DNA of 64,000 nucleotides from Giardia intestinalis (Eukaryota): NCBI GenBank assembly GCA_000002435.2, contig CM018789.1; one strand, 5' to 3'. Shown piece by piece: positions 57,530 to 64,000 of this stretch (position 1 is its first letter; each line of letters starts with the position of its first letter). The notes under the pieces were generated by a model. It saw only the letters and a program-made list of their open reading frames with translations, ran no database searches and was not told where the DNA came from. The position numbers and the translations under genes were made by a program.

Positions 57530-57686
57530 GTAAGGGAGATTTTTAAAATCACTACCCACTTCCCTGAGCGACTGCAGGGAGAGAGGTAGTACCGGCGCAG
57601 GGAGAATCAAAAATTTAAATAATCCAGTCTTTCAGCTTATTGGGGGCGTGAACACTCTTTCGCAGCTAGTTCTATAACTAGACAGT

Positions 57687-60479
57687 ATGCATGCAGCTGG
57701 GATGGATGTGGAAGATCAGCTTTTTCAGCAAGAACTTCAGTCTTACTATGATGAGATTTCTTCGCTAAAGGATAAACTAACCGCAGAAACCAATCAAGTT
57801 AAGCAGAAATCCCTTGAACTGAAGCTCCTAGACGTCAGGAAACGCCTCAATTTCTTTCTTAAGCGGACGAACGGCACTAAAAGAACTTTCGAGGACGCCC
57901 TTGGCGAACTAGAACAGCGTGCCGACACTGCCTATGAGCCAGAAATAAAGCATGTATGCATAGAACCAGACCAAAAGGCTGAAGCCACGACAGATTTTAC
58001 GCCGAGTAGCGATGAATTTTCGCAATTCGATGCAGATACATTTCAAAGCGGCAACTCACAAGAGTATTTTTTCGACTCTCAAAATGATCTGGAAGTGGAG
58101 CGGTATTTGGAAAGGATCAGACGACAGACGTGGATTAATGGCGAACTGGCAATTACTGACCTTACTAATCTGACTGAAGTTGCTCCTGGGCACAAACTAT
58201 ATGGACCCCTCTATGCATCCCTGCGGAAATACCAGCAAACAGGTGTACGATGGATTCTTCGTCTTTTTTCTCTCAATAGCGGAGGCCTCTTGGCTGATGA
58301 GCCTGGTGTCGGTAAAACTGTACAGACAATCGTTGCTCTTTCGTCGCTGTTTTTGAGTGGAAGGCTTAGATACGTTCTGCTGGTGGTTCCGTCTACACTT
58401 CAGACTCAATGGCTCGAAATGGTACGCAGCTGGTGGCCACTCACTCGTTGCATATTGCTCAATCGAGCGTCGGCGGTGGCATATGGGATAAACGAATCAG
58501 ACAGCGATATCTATACATCGTTCTTGTCCTCCCTGGCCACAGACCTCAGGAAATGCAGTTCTACAACCTGTACATATGCCGGAAAAACCATGACCATCGG
58601 CGAGTGTGGAACAATCTTTATATCTTCTTATGATTTTGCTATGAGGAACGCATCTGCTCTAAACACGTTCTTTAAAGTCCTCACACCCAAATCTCTATCC
58701 AGCCAAGAGCCGTGTATTCAGTATGCTATTTTCGATGAAGTTCACTATTTGAAAAATACAGAAACAATTCGCATCAAGGCATTGCGGGCCCTTAGGATAT
58801 CATGTAAGCTTGGTATCTCAGCAACGCCCGTTCAAAATAGTTTAGTAGAGATCTATTCACTGATAACCTTCATTCAACCAAACATTCTTGGAGATTATGA
58901 TTCCTTTCTGCAAGAGTATGACATTCCCATTCGCAAGGGATCAATGGAAAATTCTAATTATGAGGACATATCTTTGGCGGCCTCCTTGGCACAGAGACTT
59001 GCAAATAGACTCAAACCTTACATACTACGACGCCTAAAATCAGACGTAGAGCGGTCACTCCCTCCAAAAGTTGAGCATCTTGTTTTTATTAGACTGTCTG
59101 ACACGCAAGAGCAATTGTATCTGCAACTTCTATCATCTGACGAGGCAATTATCAAGTTGAGGCAGCTCTCTGCTACATCACGTTCATTTGGTGAAGGGAT
59201 TACCAAACTGACCATGGCAAAGCTTGTCCAACTGCAGCACATATGTGATCATCCTGGTCTGTTGAGCACCGCCCCATTTGATGACTCTGAGCTATATGAA
59301 AGTAGTTGCAAGCTGACATATTTGATGGAACAGCTTACAACACTGTGGAGTCAGTCACAAGATAAGATTCTTGTCTTTTGCCAGGGTAGAATGATGCTTA
59401 ACATTGTTGAAAAGGCACTTTTGGAAACCGCTTCCTTCAAAAATGCTTACCTGAGGATGGACGGGAATATCCCAGTAGATGCACGCCCAGCACTTATATC
59501 GAAGTTTTCTACGGATCCGCAGATTCGGCTTTTCCTCCTTACAACACGCGTAGGCGGTCTAGGGCTCAACCTTACTGCTGCAAATCATGTCTTTCTCTTA
59601 AACCCCAACTGGAACCCAACGATTGATGATCAGTCAGTCGAGCGTTGCTGGCGCATCACTCAAACCAAAAAGGTGATCGTCTACAAGGTGTTTACCGGAG
59701 GCACGATAGAAGAGAAAATATTCAACAGACAGATATACAAGCGCCTTCTAGTGTCTAGAGTACTCGACAACGCCTCCGTCACTTCATTAAAGCTATTCAA
59801 GAGCGACCTATTTCAGTTGTTCACCTACAACCAACCAGACGTGCCAATCAATGTAATAACGAAGGAGATCAATGTGTCAGTAAGTGGGGCAAAGGCAGGG
59901 GAACCGATACAAGATGAGAGAAGGGAACACAGAGAAAAGGCTATTCGAAACAAGGTTGCAGAACTTTTCAGTGATGACTTAAAGAAATTCATGAAGCAAG
60001 AGGGGTGCCACAAGTCCAGAGTGACCAAAGAATTCTTAACTTTTCTAAGAATACAGCAGCCCCAGAACTACCTCAAGTTAATCGATACCATCTGTGAGGA
60101 CTTCTGCAATGAGAAGGCCTATGTGTACACATCAAAAGTAGAAGACGGCCCTTCTACGGGTCTGTTTGCCATTATGGGTTATTGTGACGAGGATGAAGAG
60201 CACTCTGTGGCACGACCAAAAGAAGTCAGCAAAGAAGCCTTACAAACGAGTATCAAAGAAGTTGTGGAGATAGCATGTTCTGCATCAAGCAATACAGTGA
60301 CGTTGTATGCCATCAAGGAGTCTTTGCAACGTCTAAAAAGTAGCACACAGAAAGACTTAGTAGACCATTTGTTTTCTAAGGCATCTAGCGAGGAACTACA
60401 GACACACACGCTGTTGGAGCTCAAGGACACTGTTGCGCGCAAGATCAACCTTGCTGGTGTTGTGCAGGGGAAGAAATAA
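57687..60479 (+). CDS. SNF2-family DNA-dependent ATPase (Rad54/ERCC6-like), N-terminal coiled coil
   Basis: Motif I LADEPGVGKTVQTI, motif II FDEVHYLKN (DEVH), helicase-C block LLTTRVGGLGLNLTAANHVFLLNPNWNPTIDDQSVERCWRITQTKKVIVYKVFTGGTIEEKI. Confidence 0.85.
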   Translation: MHAAGMDVEDQLFQQELQSYYDEISSLKDKLTAETNQVKQKSLELKLLDVRKRLNFFLKRTNGTKRTFEDALGELEQRADTAYEPEIKHVCIEPDQKAEATTDFTPSSDEFSQFDADTFQSGNSQEYFFDSQNDLEVERYLERIRRQTWINGELAITDLTNLTEVAPGHKLYGPLYASLRKYQQTGVRWILRLFSLNSGGLLADEPGVGKTVQTIVALSSLFLSGRLRYVLLVVPSTLQTQWLEMVRSWWPLTRCILLNRASAVAYGINESDSDIYTSFLSSLATDLRKCSSTTCTYAGKTMTIGECGTIFISSYDFAMRNASALNTFFKVLTPKSLSSQEPCIQYAIFDEVHYLKNTETIRIKALRALRISCKLGISATPVQNSLVEIYSLITFIQPNILGDYDSFLQEYDIPIRKGSMENSNYEDISLAASLAQRLANRLKPYILRRLKSDVERSLPPKVEHLVFIRLSDTQEQLYLQLLSSDEAIIKLRQLSATSRSFGEGITKLTMAKLVQLQHICDHPGLLSTAPFDDSELYESSCKLTYLMEQLTTLWSQSQDKILVFCQGRMMLNIVEKALLETASFKNAYLRMDGNIPVDARPALISKFSTDPQIRLFLLTTRVGGLGLNLTAANHVFLLNPNWNPTIDDQSVERCWRITQTKKVIVYKVFTGGTIEEKIFNRQIYKRLLVSRVLDNASVTSLKLFKSDLFQLFTYNQPDVPINVITKEINVSVSGAKAGEPIQDERREHREKAIRNKVAELFSDDLKKFMKQEGCHKSRVTKEFLTFLRIQQPQNYLKLIDTICEDFCNEKAYVYTSKVEDGPSTGLFAIMGYCDEDEEHSVARPKEVSKEALQTSIKEVVEIACSASSNTVTLYAIKESLQRLKSSTQKDLVDHLFSKASSEELQTHTLLELKDTVARKINLAGVVQGKK

Positions 60480-60483
60480 AGGA

Positions 60484-61116
60484 TTACGGATTATCCAGCA
60501 GGTCTAGGTATTGTTCTAGCTCTTGAGTAGACCGGATTTCCCGGGCTCGACGGTGACTCAGGGGCACATCACCATTCATCACTTCCAACCGCGTAGGGCC
60601 TGTTCGCATAATGTATGCCCTATTCATCCTTTCTACATATTTGTCTATTGCGTGCTGATTCTTCTCTGCCAACTCCCTAGCAGAGTATGTAGCCCGTTGT
60701 GCTTTTTTCTGTGGGGGGTTTTTGACGACTAGGACCTCATTCCTTGGCGCTTTTTCTGTACTTTTTTCACCAGAAACAGGGTGATCTAGCATGCTCTTGG
60801 ATAGAACTGAACTAGCAACGGATTCACGTATGCTATCTGTGCTGGTTTTGGTGGTCGGGTCCTTGCTCACAGTTCTCCCCAATAGAGATGGCTCTCTACT
60901 ACGATTGGTTGTAGAGATAGATGAAGATTCATCTCCAACCAAACAATCGTGAATTCCTTGGAGCACTGACAATAGATACTTGACACTAGTAAGGTTAGGA
61001 ACAGGAGTGCTTGAGCCATCCAACAAGGCACTGCAGATGTCTTCTATTTGTTCATCCGATGCACAGAGCGCGCGCTGATCAGATAGCGCACACAGAATAC
61101 GAAAGCAGGAGGCCAT
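60484..61116 (-). CDS. hypothetical protein (~210 aa)
   Basis: The track start at 61128 is TTG and the first ATG is 61114-61116 (MASCFRIL). Its stop lies only 4 nt from the SNF2 stop (convergent). Confidence 0.35.
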   Translation of the reverse strand: MASCFRILCALSDQRALCASDEQIEDICSALLDGSSTPVPNLTSVKYLLSVLQGIHDCLVGDESSSISTTNRSREPSLLGRTVSKDPTTKTSTDSIRESVASSVLSKSMLDHPVSGEKSTEKAPRNEVLVVKNPPQKKAQRATYSARELAEKNQHAIDKYVERMNRAYIMRTGPTRLEVMNGDVPLSHRRAREIRSTQELEQYLDLLDNP

Positions 61117-61128
61117 ACTAAAAAACAA

Positions 61129-61728
61129 ATGCAGACCTACTACTGCGCGGACATATCTCCTACCCTGGCCGAGCTTGCTCTGTCAGAGGCCAGACACTAC
61201 AGGGAGATAGGAAAAACCAAGACTGCATTGAGCCGTTATGACACTTACATCTGGTTGCAGCGTCGTTTTTTGAACCAGTCGACGGATGATCATGAACAGA
61301 AAGACATATCAAAGGCCATCCGACAAGCCAAGACTGAACGAGACGCCATTCGATCAAGGAGGGTTCCTGTGCACACAGGTCCTCTTCGCTCTTTCAAGTA
61401 TTGTAATTGGTCTCTTGAAGGAACCCACCGTCAACGGCTCTATACACCTGCAGCCACGGGTCTTTACATGACCATGCACCTGGTGGGCCCTACTAGCGTG
61501 GAGAAGAAGCGCTACCTTCAAGACTTTACTGACACACTTCCATGTCAACACCTTTACACGGCTCCAAGTTCTGCGTGGGGCGCACGTTCGCTATTTACTA
61601 GTAGTGGCTTGACAAGCTTGAAGCCCATGGACGCCGTTGTTGGCGGTCAATACAGGCCAGAGGTGGTTCACACAAGCCTGATAGAAAACGAAACTGGACT
61701 AAAGGATGCATGCCATTCCACCATTTGA
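61129..61728 (+). CDS. hypothetical protein (199 aa)
   Basis: ATG verified, but it starts 12 nt from the divergent ATG at 61116, so one of the pair may be spurious. No domain recognised. Confidence 0.3.
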   Translation: MQTYYCADISPTLAELALSEARHYREIGKTKTALSRYDTYIWLQRRFLNQSTDDHEQKDISKAIRQAKTERDAIRSRRVPVHTGPLRSFKYCNWSLEGTHRQRLYTPAATGLYMTMHLVGPTSVEKKRYLQDFTDTLPCQHLYTAPSSAWGARSLFTSSGLTSLKPMDAVVGGQYRPEVVHTSLIENETGLKDACHSTI

Positions 61729-61818
61729 CCACTGAAAGATATACTCAGCTGCTCCAGAGTATAGTAAATTCTTTCCCACAGGCATTGTGGGAGCAGCCAA
61801 ACGTACCTGTCCCGATCT

Positions 61819-63885
61819 TCAATAGAACTGTAAAAACAGAGCCTTGAGGCTGCGCGCCTCTTCAGCGATCGTGGTGTGCTTTACAAATCCAATGTATGCC
61901 TGGGATCCTATAGTGGCCATCTCCTTTCCATAAACAATCACTTCATCCAAGAAGAAAATGACTCTGTCTATGAGGGCTTCGTCTGGAGGCCCGCCCATTG
62001 ACATCGCGGATGCCTCTGCCAGCGCTAGAAGAGGGCGCTTGCTGTATAGCCATGTGTCTGGACTCAAACGCTTGGACACGGGTTCGAGTCCCTTAATTAT
62101 TCTATTTATGCCGAAGTTTATGTTTCCACGGACGGTGTAGAGTGTCCCTATCACTAAGTTGATCACGCAAAGGTGTAAGGGTGGATGCACGTCCATCCCC
62201 TCTGTCTGCTCCAACCTCTCCTTCTCGGCGACGTCCACAATGTGCATTAACGTCTCTGCTTCTTTGTTTAAATTGATAAGAATAAGCCCCACGCATAGAT
62301 TAGCAAGTGCCACGGCTGAAATGGAAAGAATATCGGAGGGGGGTGTTGCATCGACGACAAGCTTGTATTCCTCTGTTGCCTTGCCATACTCTTCTGCAGC
62401 GAAGGAGATATGCGCTGTGTTGAGATAATAAGTGGGGTCCATATGTATTAGGTCTTCCTGTGCCTTTAATACTGAGCTTGCTGCCGTATAGCGGCCCATC
62501 TCATAGAGGATGCCACATTGCCAGCAGACCATTGGGACGAAAAGCCCAAACTTCTGATCAAATTGTTGAGTAAGAGTGTTGTACTGCATCTCTTCGGGAG
62601 ACATCTCTGTGAGGCGGGCACTTGTGAATCCACCCAGTGACAACTTGGCTTCTTTCTGGTCTGCATTACCTCTCAGCTCAATTATCTCATTCTTGATTCG
62701 CCGAATGGCCGCTGCATAGCGCGTTTTCAATGTGTCAAGCTTAATATAGCTCTCCTCAGGTGAGGTGGCACAACTCACTACAGCTTCAAAGAAGGAAAGC
62801 TTATCCGGGTCGAGTGATGAGACTGCAAGTTGTCTGTTGCCCGCGATGAGATCTGCAGCAAGGTCAAACAACCCATACTGTATGTAGATTGTAATAAGGT
62901 TAGAGAACGCCTCAACCGGAAAGGGCGGCTGGGTGATCAACCATTGAAGCTTCTCAGTGGTAGCATTGGGATCTTTCTCCATTTCTGCCAGAGCTCTATT
63001 GTGCAGTGTGACGGGGTCTAGATCCTCCAGATTGCGCGGAGGCATAGAGTCCAGTGCATTGAGATGTGCCTCTTTATCTCCAAGGATCCACGCTACTGCT
63101 GACTTGAGATTAAACGCCTCAATGAGGGATGATGCCAGGACCTCGTTGGGGCGTGCCTGATAGCTCATCATTGTGGCTCTTGCAACCTCGTCAGTGGCAG
63201 CAAACCGATTGGCTGCATCAGCAAGGTCGGGATATAACTTGGCGGATAAGCTTACTAGCTCATTTAGCGTACGAAGACAGAGGGGGAAGTTGTTTTCTCG
63301 ATAGCACGCAAGAGCCTTAGCAAAATATATTCTAGGGTCTGGTTTGATTGCAAGCGCTGCATTGTATTGCTCTATAGCCTCGGTATATTTCTCAGCCTTT
63401 AGCAGGGCGTTCCCTTTGAGGCAAAAAACACATGGGTCATCTGTTGGGCGCTTTGTGAGTGCGTCGATGAGGGTAGCCAGCCCGAGGCTATCGTCCAGCT
63501 CATGTTTTGCATACGCCTTGATGACCATGGCGTTGTGTGAGTCGTCCTTAATGGTTAAGGCCTCTTGAACCATCCCAGCTTTGAGGCGGGCATTAGCTAG
63601 AGCAAGCTGGTAGCGCTCAGATGTTGGATGGCGCTGGCAGAGCTCTTGGTAAAGGCTGACTGCATCTTCGTAGTTCCCAGCAGAATAGTTGCAGAAGGCC
63701 AGAAGCGACAGAGCTGCTCTATTGCCTGGGTGCTGGGCCAACTGGTCCTTCAGGATCTCAATTGCCTGATCCCACTCCTGGTCCCGGATGATAGAGTATA
63801 TGGTCGAGGTGAGCTTACCCTCTTGGATCAGCGGTGGCATTTTTTGGGTTGCCAACAGGAAATTTACTTTGTCCACGCGTGTCAT
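61819..63885 (-). CDS. IFT70: intraflagellar transport protein IFT70 (TTC30/DYF-1/fleer), TPR-repeat IFT-B subunit
   Basis: Long colinear similarity to TTC30 as I remember it: ...EAFNLKSAVAWILGD...MPPRNLEDLDPVTLHNRALAEM...PFPVEAFSNLITIYIQYGLFDLAADLIAGN... and ...LCVINLVIGTLYTVRGNINFGINRIIKGLEPVSKRLSPDTWLYSKR... Confidence 0.85.
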   Translation of the reverse strand: MTRVDKVNFLLATQKMPPLIQEGKLTSTIYSIIRDQEWDQAIEILKDQLAQHPGNRAALSLLAFCNYSAGNYEDAVSLYQELCQRHPTSERYQLALANARLKAGMVQEALTIKDDSHNAMVIKAYAKHELDDSLGLATLIDALTKRPTDDPCVFCLKGNALLKAEKYTEAIEQYNAALAIKPDPRIYFAKALACYRENNFPLCLRTLNELVSLSAKLYPDLADAANRFAATDEVARATMMSYQARPNEVLASSLIEAFNLKSAVAWILGDKEAHLNALDSMPPRNLEDLDPVTLHNRALAEMEKDPNATTEKLQWLITQPPFPVEAFSNLITIYIQYGLFDLAADLIAGNRQLAVSSLDPDKLSFFEAVVSCATSPEESYIKLDTLKTRYAAAIRRIKNEIIELRGNADQKEAKLSLGGFTSARLTEMSPEEMQYNTLTQQFDQKFGLFVPMVCWQCGILYEMGRYTAASSVLKAQEDLIHMDPTYYLNTAHISFAAEEYGKATEEYKLVVDATPPSDILSISAVALANLCVGLILINLNKEAETLMHIVDVAEKERLEQTEGMDVHPPLHLCVINLVIGTLYTVRGNINFGINRIIKGLEPVSKRLSPDTWLYSKRPLLALAEASAMSMGGPPDEALIDRVIFFLDEVIVYGKEMATIGSQAYIGFVKHTTIAEEARSLKALFLQFY

Positions 63886-63903
63886 GGCCGCCAGTGCTGT
63901 CGG

Positions 63904-64000
63904 TTATAGGCCATTCATATACTCTCCAGTGAGTGGATTGTATCCATACCCTCCACGCTTGGCAAGTTCACGCTTACGCAACTCTGCCCTCTCACGGGCA
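63904..64000 (-). CDS. C-terminal 32 codons of a gene entering from beyond the window end (...AREREAELRKRELAKRGGYGYNPLTGEYMNGL*)
   Basis: Reverse-strand translation of 63904-64000 is open to the window edge and ends at TAA (plus-strand tta 63904-63906). Too short to classify. Confidence 0.3.
   Translation of the reverse strand, partial: ARERAELRKRELAKRGGYGYNPLTGEYMNGL

Noticed and set aside
62078-62092. tRNA T-loop-like GGGTTCGAGTCCC
   Set aside because: Lies inside the IFT70 coding sequence. The flanking sequence does not form a 5-bp T stem or an acceptor stem. Coincidental match.
1-64000. Operon or defence-island style interpretation (bacterial or phage)
   Set aside because: Eukaryote-specific products (Sec7 GEF, PUF, TBC, Nop56/58, IFT70, RING, ankyrin, GRP94-KDEL), VSP/HCMP genes and Giardia-type AGTRAAY signals show this is a diplomonad nuclear contig. 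No prokaryotic signals (Shine-Dalgarno, rho-independent terminators) are evident.
1-64000. Spliceosomal introns (Giardia GTATGT ... [A/C]CTRACACACAG type)
   Set aside because: I found no CTRACACACAG 3' motif in either orientation by eye. The one 'cacacag' (around 22610) lacks the CTRAC branch box and sits inside the HCMP coding sequence. All genes read as single exons.

Overview
This window reads as a gene-dense, essentially intron-free nuclear contig of the diplomonad Giardia intestinalis (syn. lamblia), not a bacterial locus. What the sequence shows directly: (i) a small cysteine-rich ORF (54091..54537, minus) ending in the Giardia VSP-specific tail ...[13 protein letters not shown] and followed 13-27 nt after its stop by ACTTAGGTAGTAAAC, the VSP 'extended polyadenylation signal' ACTYAGRT+AGTRAAY; (ii) a 1299-aa CXXC/CXC-rich high-cysteine membrane protein; (iii) long uninterrupted ORFs separated by very short AT-rich spacers (e.g. 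AATTAAAAA-type initiators) with AGTRAAY motifs just after stop codons; (iv) roughly balanced base composition except one sharply G+C-rich island. About 40 protein-coding genes are present. Products I recognise from motifs: ER-type HSP90 (GRP94, signal peptide plus C-terminal KDEL), Nop56/58, Pumilio/PUF, a 2222-aa Sec7 ARF-GEF, prolidase (M24B), FKBP (Fpr3/4-like), Pus10, an SNF2 ATPase, FCP1-like CTD phosphatase, TBC Rab-GAP, IFT70/TTC30, a TM2-domain protein, a RING finger protein, an ankyrin (21.1-like) protein, a MATE-like transporter, KRI1-like and CMS1-like ribosome-biogenesis proteins, and several large lineage-specific hypothetical proteins. The ORF track uses GTG/TTG alternative starts in places; I give ATG-based starts where I checked them. 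The most unusual feature is a ~2-kb G+C-rich island (about 52140..54540) containing a high-GC3 ORF with tentative PARG-like macrodomain motifs. That ORF is interrupted by a single in-frame TGA, and the mini-VSP gene sits immediately upstream of it.
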